Counted from the first letter of the stretch, positions 1 to 12,792 are shown. The stretch is DNA of 64,000 bases from Melittangium boletus DSM 14713 (GCF_002305855.1 NZ_CP022163.1:7067765-7131764); one strand, 5' to 3'. Notes: generated by a model from the sequence alone, not told the origin. Program-made: numbers and translations.

Positions 1-153
1 CCCCTCGAGTCCGGTGAGGTTGTTGTGGAGGAGGATCCGGTTGAGGTCCGCGACATCAATCCAGAGCCCGCCGCAATCTCCACATTCTCGGAAATTTTCG
101 CCGTGGTCCCCTTCGAGATCGGCCATCTCGACGCTGCAACCGGGGCAATTCAT
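1..153 (-). CDS. Partial zinc-ribbon protein (zf-TFIIB-like). The N-terminus is in the window and the C-terminus runs off the window start. It is not in the ORF track because no stop codon falls inside the window.
   Basis: Minus-strand ATG at 153-151. Translation is MNCPGCSVEMADLEGDHGENFRECGDCGGLWIDVADLNRILLHNNLTGLEG, with CPGC...CGDCGGLWID matching the CxxC..CxxCxGxW(L/I)D zinc-ribbon pattern. AGGAGA lies 11 nt upstream. The frame stays open to position 1. Confidence 0.45.
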   Translation of the reverse strand, partial: MNCPGCSVEMADLEGDHGENFRECGDCGGLWIDVADLNRILLHNNLTGLEG

Positions 154-317
154 GGGGTGTATCATTCTCCTGTTGGGGGGAGTCGAGCTCCCGTGGGGTG
201 ACGGCTGGAGGGCGGCGTGCCCCCCGGACGTTCAGGGAATGATAGGTCGCATGATTTTTCAGATGCAACCCAACCGCCGCATTGTGTTCACGCGAGCAAC
301 CCCCGGGGCCCCCCCGT

Positions 318-1583
318 TCAGGCCTTGACCCGCTGGATATCGGCCCCGAGGGCACGCAACTTCTGCTCGAGCCGCTCGTAGCCCCGGTCCAGGTGGTAGA
401 TGCGCTGGATGTCCGTCTTGCCCTCGGCGCGCAGGCCCGCCAGCACCAGTGAGGCGCTGGCCCGCAGGTCGGTGGCCATGACGGGCGCCCCGGACAGCGT
501 GCGGACGCCCTTCACCACCGCCGTGTGGCCCTGGATGGTGATGTCCGCCCCCATCCGGTGCAGCTCCGGCACGTGCATGAAGCGGTTCTCGAAGATGCGC
601 TCGGAGATGACCGAGGTGCCGTCCGCCACCGTCATCAGCCCCATGAGCTGGGCCTGCATGTCCGTGGGGAATCCCGGGTGCTCGGTCGTCTTCACGTCCA
701 CCGAGTGCGGAACCTGGGGCGCCTTCACCCGGATGCCTCCGTCCTCCGTGGTGAGGGTGCAACCCGTCTCGCGCAGCTTGAGGATGACGGCTTCCAGGTG
801 CTCGGGCACCACGCGCTTGACCAGCACCTCACCCCCGGTGATGGCGGCGGCCACCATCAGGGTCCCCGCCTCGATGCGGTCCGGGAGGATGGCGTGCTCC
901 ACCGGCTTGAGGGCCTCCACGCCCTCGATGGTGATGACGGAGGTGCCCGCGCCCTCGATGCGCGCGCCCATCTTGTTGAGCACCCGGGCGAGCTCCTCCA
1001 CCTCGGGCTCGCGCGCGCAGTTCTCCAGCACGCTGCGGCCGCGCGCCAGCACCGCGGCCATCATCACGTTCTCCGTGCCCGTCACGGTGATGACGTCGAA
1101 GTTGACGGTGCCCCCCGTGAGGTGCTTCGCCGTGGCCTCCACGTAGCCCTCGGTCAGGTGGATGTCGGCCCCCAGGGCCTTGAGTCCCTTGAGGTGCTGA
1201 TCGATGGGCCGCGCGCCGATGGCGCAGCCGCCCGGCATGGACACGCGGGCCCGGCCGAAGCGCGCCACCAGCGGGCCGAGCACCAGCACCGACGCGCGCA
1301 TCGTCTTCACCAGATCGTACGGGGCCTCGGGGGTGATGGGCCCGTGGACCTCGACCTCGCACACGTCTGAGCGGGCGCCGTCGAGCCGACCCGTCCCACA
1401 GCCCATGGTGCCGAGCACCTTGAGCATGGTCTTCACGTCGGCCAGGTCCGGCACGTTGCGGTAGACGCTCTTGCCATCCGCCAGCAGCGCCGAGGCGAGG
1501 ATGGGGAGCGCGGCGTTCTTCGCCCCCGACACGGACACCTCGCCCACGAGCCGGTGGCCACCCTTCACGATGATCTTGTCCAT
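318..1583 (-). CDS. murA: UDP-N-acetylglucosamine 1-carboxyvinyltransferase (MurA)
   Basis: 421 aa from [31 protein letters not shown]... to the C-terminus. Full-length match to the MurA family. The start was moved to the internal ATG at 1583 (cat at 1581-1583), which removes the 76-aa non-homologous N-terminal extension in the ORF track. Confidence 0.95.
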   Translation of the reverse strand: MDKIIVKGGHRLVGEVSVSGAKNAALPILASALLADGKSVYRNVPDLADVKTMLKVLGTMGCGTGRLDGARSDVCEVEVHGPITPEAPYDLVKTMRASVLVLGPLVARFGRARVSMPGGCAIGARPIDQHLKGLKALGADIHLTEGYVEATAKHLTGGTVNFDVITVTGTENVMMAAVLARGRSVLENCAREPEVEELARVLNKMGARIEGAGTSVITIEGVEALKPVEHAILPDRIEAGTLMVAAAITGGEVLVKRVVPEHLEAVILKLRETGCTLTTEDGGIRVKAPQVPHSVDVKTTEHPGFPTDMQAQLMGLMTVADGTSVISERIFENRFMHVPELHRMGADITIQGHTAVVKGVRTLSGAPVMATDLRASASLVLAGLRAEGKTDIQRIYHLDRGYERLEQKLRALGADIQRVKA

Positions 1584-1593
1584 CAGTCCTGTC

Positions 1594-2471
1594 TCACCCC
1601 TGTGGCCGGGTGGCCACGGGCTGTGTCCCGAAAGCGAGGCGATCCCGCCGCTCCAGATCCTTCTCCACCCGCGCGTTCTCGTACCCCGCGGCCTGGAGGA
1701 GCGCCTGGACGGCCGCGCCCTGTGTTTCGCCAATCTCCAATGCAAGCAGCCCGCCAGGGGCGAGCACCCGCCTGGCTCCGGTGATGACCTGCCGCAGGAG
1801 CACGAGGCCATCGGGGCCTCCGTCCAGCGCCATCCGGGGCTCGCGGCGCACCTCCGCGGACAGCCCGGCGATCTCCCCCGAGGCGATGTACGGGGGATTG
1901 GACACCACCACCTGGAAGAGGGCGTCCGGGGGCAGGGGAGCGTAGAGGCTGCCCTCCAGGATCCGCACCCGCTCGGCCACGCCCAGGGTCTGGGCGTTCT
2001 CCCGCGCGAGCGCGCAGGCGTCCGGGGACAGGTCCGTGGCCGTCACCTGGGCCTGGGGCCGCTCGGCCGCGAGGCTGATGGCGATGCAGCCCGAGCCAGT
2101 GCACACGTCCAGCGCGGCGCCCGGGGCGTCCTTGGGCAGGGCGTGCAGGGCGGCCTCCACCAGCAGCTCCGTCTCCGGGCGGGGGATGAGCACCCGCGCG
2201 TCCACCTTGAAGGGGCGGTTGTAGAACTCGCGCACACCGGTGAGGTACTGGGTGGGCTCGCCCGCCATGCGCCGCGCGATGAGGGCACGCAAGGCGGCCA
2301 GCTCCTCCTTCTCCAGCGGCCGGTCCAGGTCCACGTACAGCCGCACCCGCGTCGTCTTCAACACATGGGCGAGCAGCACCTCGGTGGTGAGCCGCGGCGC
2401 GTCCACGCCCTTCTTGTCGAAGTGCTGGGTCGTCCAGGTGAGGACCTTGCGGATGGTCCAGATCTCCTCGC

Positions 2472-2475
<4 letters not shown>
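1594..2475 (-). CDS. prmC: Release-factor glutamine N5-methyltransferase (PrmC/HemK)
   Basis: 293 aa with the NPPY motif (VVSNPPY) and SAM-MTase motifs ([11 protein letters not shown]). It overlaps the prfA stop by 4 bp (ATGA), the classic prfA-prmC arrangement. Confidence 0.9.
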
Positions 2476-3563
<1,088 letters not shown>

Positions 3564-3716
3564 CTGTGTGGGCTCGGCGTTGTGCCCCGTTGTCCAGCCC
3601 CTGGCAAGGCCGGACGGGGTCGAGAAATTCCGTGGACTTCCGGGGGGGGAGCGTGAAAAAAGGGCGGTTCGCTGCCGCCAGTGCGGCCCATTTCCGCCTC
3701 AACGGAGTACCAGAAG

Positions 3717-3821
3717 ATGCCTGCTCAGAAGGGAAACCGCAGCAAGAAGAAGCTGTCCAACCGCGCTGGTTCGAAGAAGGCGGCCCTCAAGCGCCGCCGC
3801 GCTCGTGAGCGCCGCAAGTAG
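3717..3821 (+). CDS. 34-aa highly basic micro-protein (MPAQKGNRSKKKLSNRAGSKKAALKRRRARERRK). Candidate ribosome- or nucleic-acid-associated peptide, reminiscent of bS22-type small basic proteins. Below the ORF-track size cutoff.
   Basis: ATG at 3717-3719 and TAG at 3819-3821. GGAG lies 11 nt upstream. 15 of 34 residues are K/R and GC3 is high, consistent with host codon usage. Same strand as, and upstream of, the TPR gene. Confidence 0.4.
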   Translation: MPAQKGNRSKKKLSNRAGSKKAALKRRRARERRK

Positions 3822-3999
3822 TTCGCCATGCGCCTCCTCCTCTGTGCCGAGGGGGAGGGGGCGAGCACCCCTGCCTTTCGCGCTGGCTCGCCGGGGGCGG
3901 ACCCGTTAGCAACCCCTGGATGGAAACCGCCTGGCGCCCGCCGGGTGGGATGGCTCTTTCTTGCGCCGTGGGCGGCGCGTACATTGGCTTCGCGAGTTC

Positions 4000-4815
4000 A
4001 TGGCCCGGGAAAAGGACAACATCGCTCTCTCCGACGAGCACAACTCACGTGGCATCGAGTTGGCCGATCGTGGATGGCTCGACGAGGCCATCAAGGAGTT
4101 CAAGAAGGCGATCGATCTCGATCCCGACTCCGCGCACGCCCACGACAACCTCGCCACCGTCTACGCCGAGAAGAAGCTCTTCCGCGAGGCCCTGGGCGAG
4201 TACCTCACCGCGCTCAAGCTGGAGCCGGACAGTCCCACCGCTCACTACAACCTCGCCTGCTTCCTCTCCACGCATGCCGCCGAGATGGCGGTGTCGGAGT
4301 ACCGCGAGGCCATTGAGCTGGATCCGGAGTACCCGGACGCGCACCTCAACCTGGGTCTCACCTACGCGGACCAGGGCCGCATCGAGGACGCCATGCGCGA
4401 GCTGCAGACGGCCATCGAGCTGCAGCCCCAGGACGCCTTCCCCCGGCACGAGCTCGCCGCGCTGCTGATGGACGAGGGGGACTACCGCTCGGCCATCACC
4501 CAGCTCAAGGAAGTGGTGCGGCTGGAGGCGGACAATTTCGAGGCCCACCTGGACCTGGGCATCTGCTACGCCCAGAAGGGCTTCTACGCCGAGGCCGAGC
4601 GCTCCTACGAGAAGGCGAGCGCGCTCAACGCCGAGGATCTGCTGCTCAACTACAACCTGGCCGCCCTCTACGCGCTGTGGGGCCGCCGGGCCGATGCGTT
4701 GAACTTCCTGCAGAAGGCCGTGACGGCGGATCGCCAGAAGGTCCAGGGTTGGCTCGCCACGGATACGATGTTCGACTCGTTGAAGAGCGACCCCGGGTTC
4801 GAGGCGCTCTTCTGA
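4000..4815 (+). CDS. Tetratricopeptide-repeat protein
   Basis: Repeated TPR consensus (AHxNLAxxYxxxGxxxEAxxxYxxAIxLxP) at least five times. ATG at 4000; the ORF track begins at a TTG at 3961. A CorC-family gene follows 17 nt downstream. Confidence 0.8.
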   Translation: MAREKDNIALSDEHNSRGIELADRGWLDEAIKEFKKAIDLDPDSAHAHDNLATVYAEKKLFREALGEYLTALKLEPDSPTAHYNLACFLSTHAAEMAVSEYREAIELDPEYPDAHLNLGLTYADQGRIEDAMRELQTAIELQPQDAFPRHELAALLMDEGDYRSAITQLKEVVRLEADNFEAHLDLGICYAQKGFYAEAERSYEKASALNAEDLLLNYNLAALYALWGRRADALNFLQKAVTADRQKVQGWLATDTMFDSLKSDPGFEALF

Positions 4816-4831
4816 GCCCCTGAGCCTCCCT

Positions 4832-6172
4832 ATGGAATGGGTTTTTCTTGGACTGGCGCTCCTGCTGGTCCTGGCGAACGGTTTCTTCGTGGCGACCGAG
4901 TTCGCCATCGTGAAGATCCGTCCCACGCGCCTGCAGGCGATGGTGGACGACGGGCGTCCGGGGGCCGGCAACGCCATGAAGATGGTGGACAAGCTCGACG
5001 CCTACCTGTCCGCCACCCAGTTCGGCATCACGCTCGCCTCGCTGGGCCTGGGCTGGCTGGGCGAGCCCGCCTTCGCCCACCTGCTGGAGCCCGTGCTCGC
5101 GCGCGTGGTGCCCGAGGCGGCCGGCCCCGCGGTGGCGCACTCGGTGGCGGTGGCCATCGCCTTCGCCATCATCACCTTCCTGCACATCGTGCTCGGGGAG
5201 CTCGCGCCCAAGAGCCTCGCCATCCAGCGCGCCGAGGCGACCACGCTGGCCGTGGCGCTGCCCATGCGCGTCTTCTACGTGGTCTTCTACCCGGCCATCT
5301 GGGTGCTCAACGCCCTGGCGGGCTGGGTGCTCAAGGCCTTCGGGATGCACACCGCGCACGAGTCCCAGGACGCGCACAACGAGGACGAGCTGCGCGTCAT
5401 CCTCCACTCCTCGGCCGAGGCGGGCGCCATCACCACGGCGCGCGCGGAATTGCTCGAGCGCTCGCTGGAGATGGCCCAGAAGACGGCGCGCCAGGTCATG
5501 GTGCCGCGCAACCAGGTGAAATTCCTCGACATGGAGGAGCCCCTGGACAAGTGCGTCGCCGACGCGCGCGCGGCGGGCCACACGTGGCTGCCGGTGTGCC
5601 GGGGCAACATGGACGAGGTGGAGGGGGTGGTGAACGTCAAGGACCTCTTCTTCCTGCTCTCCCGTGGCGAGCTGCGCAGCCTGTCCCAGGTGCAGCGGCC
5701 CGTGCTCTACGTGCCCGAGCACGTGACGCTCGAGCAGCTGCTCAACGAGTTCCGCCGGCGGCGCCGTCAGACGGCGCTCGTGGTGGACGAGCACGGAGGC
5801 ACGTCCGGACTGGTGACGATCGCCGACGTGGTGGCGGAGATCGTGGGCGACGTGGCCGAGCTGGGCCGGCGCGTGGACGAGGTGCGCTCGCTGCCCGGAG
5901 GCCGCTTCGAGCTGCCCGGCACCGCCCAGCTGGATGACCTGGAGGACCGCCTGGACGTGTCCTTCGAGATCGACGACGAGGACATCGAGGTGACCACCAT
6001 CGCCGGCTACATCATGGCGAAGCTGGGCCGCATTCCGGAGAAGGGCGACCTCATCAAGCTGGACATGTGGCGCATCCAGGTGGAGGAGGTGGAAGGTCCC
6101 CGGGTGGTGCGCGTGACGGTGGAGCCGCAGGCGGGCCCCAAGCCCCCCGTGACGGCTGCCTCGGAGGCCTGA
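4832..6172 (+). CDS. CNNM/CorC/TlyC-family transporter (DUF21 transmembrane domain, CBS pair, CorC_HlyC C-terminal domain)
   Basis: 446 aa. The N-terminal four-TM DUF21 region (LLLVLANGFFVATEFAIVKIR), tandem CBS domains and a C-terminal transporter-associated domain (LVTIADVVAEIVGDV...) fit the hemolysin-like/Mg-Co efflux architecture. Confidence 0.9.
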   Translation: MEWVFLGLALLLVLANGFFVATEFAIVKIRPTRLQAMVDDGRPGAGNAMKMVDKLDAYLSATQFGITLASLGLGWLGEPAFAHLLEPVLARVVPEAAGPAVAHSVAVAIAFAIITFLHIVLGELAPKSLAIQRAEATTLAVALPMRVFYVVFYPAIWVLNALAGWVLKAFGMHTAHESQDAHNEDELRVILHSSAEAGAITTARAELLERSLEMAQKTARQVMVPRNQVKFLDMEEPLDKCVADARAAGHTWLPVCRGNMDEVEGVVNVKDLFFLLSRGELRSLSQVQRPVLYVPEHVTLEQLLNEFRRRRRQTALVVDEHGGTSGLVTIADVVAEIVGDVAELGRRVDEVRSLPGGRFELPGTAQLDDLEDRLDVSFEIDDEDIEVTTIAGYIMAKLGRIPEKGDLIKLDMWRIQVEEVEGPRVVRVTVEPQAGPKPPVTAASEA

Positions 6173-6453
6173 GTTCCTGGCCGCCCTCCGGGCGCCCGTG
6201 TTCCCCCTCGCAGGCCCGACGCCTCGGGGGAACCCGCCCGCATGTCAGACCCCTCTGCTACAGCTCGCACCAGCCCGGTCGCGCACACGGCCGGAGGACG
6301 ATTTCTTGCCTGCCCGCCGAGGTTGTCGGGGGGTCGTGCTTGATCGGTTGAAATCGGGCGTGTTACTCGTCCCCAATCGCTCCGGAGCCGATTTTTCGGC
6401 CTCGGAGCCGCTTTCCCGCCCTGCCGGTACACCTTTCGGGAGCCCGTTTTCCC

Positions 6454-9400
6454 ATGCGAATCAAGCGCCTGGACATCACCGGATTCAAGTCGTTCATGGA
6501 TCGCAGCGTCTTCACCTTCGATGAAGGCGTCACGGGCATCGTCGGCCCCAATGGCTGTGGCAAATCGAACGTGGTGGACTCCATCCGCTGGGTGATGGGC
6601 GAGCAGAGCGCCAAGAACCTGCGCGGCCGCGGCATGGAGGACGTCATCTTCAACGGCTCGGAGTCCAAGCCGCCGCTGTCCATGGCCGAGGTGTCGCTCA
6701 CCTTCCACGTGGATGAGACGGACACGATGCCCGCGCACCTCGGCGGCATCCCCGAGGTGACCGTCACCCGCCGGCTCTTCCGCAACGGCGAGTCCGAGTA
6801 CCTCATCAACAAGACGACGTGCCGCCTGCTGGACATCACCGAGCTGTTCCTCGGCACGGGCGTGGGCACCAAGGCCTACTCCATCATCGAGCAGGGCCGT
6901 GTGGGCCTCATCGTCTCCAGCAAGCCGGAGGACCGGCGCCACCTCATCGAGGAGGCCGCGGGCGTCACCAAGTACAAGTCGCGCCGCAAGGCCGCCGAGC
7001 GCAAGCTGGAGGCCACCCAGGCCAACCTCCTGCGCGTCACGGACGTCACCGGGGAGCTGGAGCGCCGTCTGGAGAGCCTGTCGCGCCAGGCCAAGAAGGC
7101 CGAGAAGTACAAGAAGCTCAAGACGCGCATGCGCGAGATCGAGCTGCACTCCGCCTCGCACCGCTACCTGGGCCTGCACGCCGAGGCCAAGCAGCTCCAG
7201 GAGCGCCTGGGCAGCCTCGGGGGCGAGGAGCGCGAGGGCCTGGACAAGATGCGCGCCCTGGAAGAGGCCATCGCCCAGCGCCGCGCGGAGCTGGAGACCG
7301 AGGCCCAGACACTGCAGAAGCTCTCCGCCGACGTGCACACCCTGGAGAGCGCCGTGCAGCGCGCGGACCAGGACCTGGCCTACTGGCGCAAGGATCTGGA
7401 GGAGACGAGCGCGCGGGTGGGCCAGTCCGAGGTGGAGCTCCACGCCCTCAAGGCCCGTCAGGCCGAGGTGGCCGAGACCATGGCCTCCCGCGAGGCGGAG
7501 CTCAGCTCCATCGCCGGCTCGTGGAAGGAGGACGAGGTCTCCATGAAGGTGGCGCAGGAGGAGCTGCGCCGGGTGAGCCAGCTGCAGGGGGAGATCTCCC
7601 TGCGGCTCGAGCAGGAGCGCGCCGCGCTCGTCACCGTGGCCAGCCGCCTCGCCAACCACGAGAGCAACCTCGTCAACCTCGCCCGTCAGAAGACGGACCT
7701 GGAGGCCCGGCGCGCCCGCAACCGCACCGAGGCGGACGCCCTTCGCGCCCAGGAGACGCAGCTCGAGGACGCGCGCCAGACGGTGGCCCGCCGGCTGGAG
7801 GGCAGCCGCCATCTGTCCCTGGAGATCGCCGAGCGCCGGGGCCAGGAAGAGGAGGCCCTGCGGCTCACCCGCCAGGCCTTCACGGAGAACGAGGTCCAGG
7901 TCATCGGCCTGCGCGAGGAGCTGAGCGACAAGCGCAGCCGGCTCGCCTCGCTGGAGGCGCTGCAGAAGGACTACGAGGGCTTTGACCGGGGCGTGCGCGC
8001 GGTGATGGTGCGCGCGGGCGAGGACGCGCGCACCCAGGGCATCTTCGGCCTCGTGGCGGACGTGCTCTCCACCACGCCGCGCTACGAGCGCGCCGTGGAG
8101 GCCGTGCTGGGCGAGCGGTTGCAGCACGTCGTCGTGGAGAGCCGCGCCAAGGGCGTGGAGCTGGTGGAGTACCTCAAGGACGCCGCCGAGGGCCGGGGCA
8201 GCTTCCTGCCCGTGCCCGCCCCCGAGCGCGTGCCGGCCGAGGTCCAGCCGGACATGTCCCGCCCCGGAATGCTCGCGCGCGCCCTCGACGAGGTGACGTG
8301 CGAGGACGCGCTCCGGCCCGTGGTGCGGCTGCTGCTCGGGGACGTGGTCATCGTGGAGGACCTGGCGAGTGCCCGGGCCTGCGCCGAGGCCGAGGGCGCC
8401 ACGTGGACGCTCGTCACCCTGGATGGCGAGGTGTTCCGCCCCGACGGCACCCTCACCGGCGGTGAGCGCGAGGGCGCCGCCGTGGGCGCCCTGCAGAAGA
8501 AGCGGGAGATCGCCGAGCTGGCCATCGAGGTGGCCCGGGTGGAGGAGCGCTACAACGAGATTCTCACCCGGCACTACACCCTGCAGAAGCAGATGGGGGA
8601 CACCGAGGACGTGCTGCGCGGGCTGGCGAAGAACCAGCACGCCGAGGAGCTGAGCCTCGCCCACCAGGAGAAGGACCTTCACAAGGCGAGCGAGGACCTG
8701 GCGCGCGTGCGCGATCGGCTCCGGGCCCTGGACGCGGACGAGTCCCAGCTCGTGCACATGCACGAGGGGCTGGCGCACGAGGAGGAGAACAGCCGGGGCG
8801 AGGTGGCCCATGGCCAGGCGGACCGCGAGGCGCGGGAGGAGCGCGTCAAACAACTGCTCGGCGAGCTGGAGTCGCTCAAGCAGCGGGCGGAGACGGCCTC
8901 GGCCAATCTCACCAGCCTCAAGGTGAAGGTGGCCGCCGGGGGCGAGCGCGGAGAGTCGGCGCGCAAGGAGCTGGAGAGCCTGCTGGCCCAGAAGGAAGAG
9001 ATGGCCAGCCGGGTGCGCAAGCTGGAGTCCACGGTGCGCGACGGGGCCTCGCGGGTGGCGGAGTTCAACCGCCGCATCGGCGAGACGGAGGCCGCGCGCG
9101 CGCAGAAGGCCGAGGAGCTGTACGGCGCCTCCCAGGGACTGGAGGGCCGGCGCTCGGCCCACGCCACGGCCACGGGCGAGGTGCGCGAGCAGGAGAACGG
9201 GCTGCGCGAGCTGCGCACGACGCTGGACGGGCTCACCCAGGGCCTCTCCCAGATGACGCTGCGCGAGCGGGAAATCGTCCTGGAGCTGGAGCACCTGGTG
9301 GCGGGCGTGCGCGAGCGCCACGGCCTGGAGCTGGCCGACGAGGTGCACCACTACCACCTGCTGCCGTCGCTCAGCGAGGAGGCGGAGCAGGAGCTCAAGG

Positions 9401-10053
9401 AGCTGCGCGCGCAGGTGGAGAAGATGGGGGAGATCAACCTCACCGCCATCGACGAGCACGCGGACCTCACCCAGCGCTCGGCGTTCCTGCTGGCGCAGAA
9501 GAAGGACCTGACGGAGTCCATCGAGAAGCTGCACGAGGCCATCCGGCGCATCGACGCGTCGAGCCGGGACCGCTTCAAGCAGACGTTCGACGTCGTCAAC
9601 GAGAAGTTCCAGGCCATCTTCCCGCGCCTGTTCGGCGGTGGCCGGGCGAGCCTCGTGCTCACCCAGGAAGGGCCGGGCGCGGAGCCGGGCGTGGAGATCG
9701 TCGCCCAGCCGCCCGGCAAGAAGCTGCAGAGCATGAACCTGCTGTCCGGCGGCGAGAAGGCGCTCACGGCCGTGGCGCTCATCTTCGCCATCTTCCTCAT
9801 CAAACCCACGCCCTTCTGCCTCCTGGACGAGGTCGACGCCCCGCTGGATGAGGGCAACGTGGGCCGCTACAACGACATGGTGAAGGAGATGAGCAAGCAG
9901 TCGCAGTTCATCCTCATCACCCACAACAAGCGCACCATGGAAGTGGCGGACACCCTCTACGGCGTGACGATGGAGGAGCCCGGCATCTCCAAGCTGGTGA
10001 GCGTGCGGCTGCGCGAGGCCACGGCGGCCAACGACAACACCAGCGTCGCGTAG
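6454..10053 (+). CDS. smc: Chromosome segregation protein SMC
   Basis: 1199 aa. N-terminal Walker A (ITGFKSFMDRSVFTFDEGVTGIVGPNGCGKSNVVD), long coiled coils, a hinge, and C-terminal signature and Walker B motifs (LSGGEKALTAVALIFAIFLIKPTPFCLLDEVDAPLD). Confidence 0.95.
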   Translation: MRIKRLDITGFKSFMDRSVFTFDEGVTGIVGPNGCGKSNVVDSIRWVMGEQSAKNLRGRGMEDVIFNGSESKPPLSMAEVSLTFHVDETDTMPAHLGGIPEVTVTRRLFRNGESEYLINKTTCRLLDITELFLGTGVGTKAYSIIEQGRVGLIVSSKPEDRRHLIEEAAGVTKYKSRRKAAERKLEATQANLLRVTDVTGELERRLESLSRQAKKAEKYKKLKTRMREIELHSASHRYLGLHAEAKQLQERLGSLGGEEREGLDKMRALEEAIAQRRAELETEAQTLQKLSADVHTLESAVQRADQDLAYWRKDLEETSARVGQSEVELHALKARQAEVAETMASREAELSSIAGSWKEDEVSMKVAQEELRRVSQLQGEISLRLEQERAALVTVASRLANHESNLVNLARQKTDLEARRARNRTEADALRAQETQLEDARQTVARRLEGSRHLSLEIAERRGQEEEALRLTRQAFTENEVQVIGLREELSDKRSRLASLEALQKDYEGFDRGVRAVMVRAGEDARTQGIFGLVADVLSTTPRYERAVEAVLGERLQHVVVESRAKGVELVEYLKDAAEGRGSFLPVPAPERVPAEVQPDMSRPGMLARALDEVTCEDALRPVVRLLLGDVVIVEDLASARACAEAEGATWTLVTLDGEVFRPDGTLTGGEREGAAVGALQKKREIAELAIEVARVEERYNEILTRHYTLQKQMGDTEDVLRGLAKNQHAEELSLAHQEKDLHKASEDLARVRDRLRALDADESQLVHMHEGLAHEEENSRGEVAHGQADREAREERVKQLLGELESLKQRAETASANLTSLKVKVAAGGERGESARKELESLLAQKEEMASRVRKLESTVRDGASRVAEFNRRIGETEAARAQKAEELYGASQGLEGRRSAHATATGEVREQENGLRELRTTLDGLTQGLSQMTLREREIVLELEHLVAGVRERHGLELADEVHHYHLLPSLSEEAEQELKELRAQVEKMGEINLTAIDEHADLTQRSAFLLAQKKDLTESIEKLHEAIRRIDASSRDRFKQTFDVVNEKFQAIFPRLFGGGRASLVLTQEGPGAEPGVEIVAQPPGKKLQSMNLLSGGEKALTAVALIFAIFLIKPTPFCLLDEVDAPLDEGNVGRYNDMVKEMSKQSQFILITHNKRTMEVADTLYGVTMEEPGISKLVSVRLREATAANDNTSVA

Positions 10054-10082
10054 GCGCGCGGCGCCCGGGAGCTGGATGTGAA

Positions 10083-10119
10083 GAAGGCGCGGCTCCTGGG
10101 TTCCAGGTGCCGCGCCTTC
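10083..10119. terminator. Bidirectional stem-loop between the convergent smc (+) and lipoprotein (-) genes
   Basis: Perfect 11-bp inverted repeat GAAGGCGCGGC / GCCGCGCCTTC with a 15-nt loop that is itself palindromic (cctgg gtt ccagg). It starts 30 nt after the smc stop. Confidence 0.5.
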
Positions 10120-10148
10120 GGTGCTTCAGGGCCCTCGGCCGCTCGGGC

Positions 10149-11363
10149 CTACTTCTTCTTCTTGGGAGCCGCTTCCGTGGTCTCCTTGGGGCAGGCGCCC
10201 TGGTCCGCGGCGAGACGCTGCTTGGCGGTGTCCAGGTCCTGCTGGGTGACGGCGATGATCTCCTGGGTCTTCGCCTCGAGGTCACCCCAGGCCGCGTCCT
10301 TGGCCTTGAGCTCGCGGGCGAGGTCCACGGTGCTCTGGTCCACCTGGCGCTGGGACTCGATGGAGTTCACCCACGCCTGGGCGGAGTCGACGAGCGTCCT
10401 GCACTTGCTCTTGAGCTCGTCGATGAGCTTCCAGTCCTTGGTCTTCTGGTACTTCGCCACGATGGCGTCATAGGCCTCGGCGGCGTTGGCGCGGTTGCCG
10501 AAGGCGATGGCGGCGTCGGCGGAGCGCTGGTTGCGCACCAGGTCCAGCTGCAGCAGCCGCAGCTCGGGCGTCAGGTCCGCGGCGGGCTCGGTGGCGTGCG
10601 AGTTGAAGTGGACGAAGCGGTAGGGGAACTTGAGCTCGTCCACCTCCAGCTTCACCGGCACCGCCATCATCTTGCCCTTGAGGCACGCGGCGAGCTGGTC
10701 TCCCTCGGGCGTTCCGACGGAATCGAAGGTGATGTCGGCCGCGGTGGCCGACGCCTTCTTCAGGTCCACGTTGGCGCGCAGCGTGGGGGGCGCCTTGGTC
10801 TCATAGCCCGCGTAGCAGTCACACCACTGGGCCTGCGCGAGCCGCACGTTGCCCGAGAAGTCCGAGCCCGGGTTGAGGCCGAAGCGCACGCTGGGGCTGT
10901 TGCCCGCCTCGTGGACGAAGGTGCTCTCGGACTCCACCGGCGCGGCGCCCTTGGCCAGGGGGGTGAGCGGCACGCGCGTGTCCACCAGCTTCTGCACGCA
11001 CGCGATGCCCTCGGGCGTGAGGTTCTCACCGGAGATGACGTGCGAGCCCCCCTGCTCGTTCACGGTGGTCTTCACGACCAGCCGCGTGGTCTCGGCGGTG
11101 CCACGGCTCTTCGGGTCCACCAGGCACTCCATCACCTGGGGACGGGAGGCGAGCAGCGCGCCCACGAGGATGCCCTGGTTGGCGGGCTGCGACAGGGCGG
11201 GTGCCTGGGTCTTGCACACCGCCACGTCGAAGGGGGACTGGTTGGTGATGCGCAGCCGCTCCTCCTTGGAGATGGGGGCGCCTCCAGTTTGGGCTTGCTG
11301 CTGACCGGCGCAGCCAGCGGCCGCGGCGGCGAGGAGGGAAGTGATGGCGAGACGGCTCATCAT
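10149..11363 (-). CDS. Hypothetical lipoprotein
   Basis: MMSRLAITSLLAAAAAGCAG is a signal peptide plus lipobox. A lysine-rich tail (EAAPKKKK) follows. ATGATG start at 11363/11360 with GGAGA upstream. No recognisable catalytic motifs. Confidence 0.7.
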   Translation of the reverse strand: MMSRLAITSLLAAAAAGCAGQQQAQTGGAPISKEERLRITNQSPFDVAVCKTQAPALSQPANQGILVGALLASRPQVMECLVDPKSRGTAETTRLVVKTTVNEQGGSHVISGENLTPEGIACVQKLVDTRVPLTPLAKGAAPVESESTFVHEAGNSPSVRFGLNPGSDFSGNVRLAQAQWCDCYAGYETKAPPTLRANVDLKKASATAADITFDSVGTPEGDQLAACLKGKMMAVPVKLEVDELKFPYRFVHFNSHATEPAADLTPELRLLQLDLVRNQRSADAAIAFGNRANAAEAYDAIVAKYQKTKDWKLIDELKSKCRTLVDSAQAWVNSIESQRQVDQSTVDLARELKAKDAAWGDLEAKTQEIIAVTQQDLDTAKQRLAADQGACPKETTEAAPKKKK

Positions 11364-11406
11364 GGAAGGGGTTCTCCGTTTCCGTTGGGGAAGGACAACG
11401 GAGGCC

Positions 11407-12792
<1,386 letters not shown>

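Noticed and set aside
6235-6339. 34-codon ORF in the 280-nt smc leader.
   Set aside because: It has low GC3 codons atypical for this genome and no RBS. It is probably non-coding leader sequence.
6007-9924. 1305-aa minus-strand ORF antisense to smc. The same pattern occurs elsewhere: 38163..41408 antisense to the gltD-like gene, 49237..53394 and 53611..59682 antisense to the gltI-like gene, 43424..45763 antisense to the gltG-like gene, and 45723..48542.
   Set aside because: These are typical GC-rich shadow ORFs. They have low-complexity Arg/Ala/Gly/Leu/His-rich products, no recognisable domains, and each fully overlaps a gene with strong family signatures on the opposite strand.
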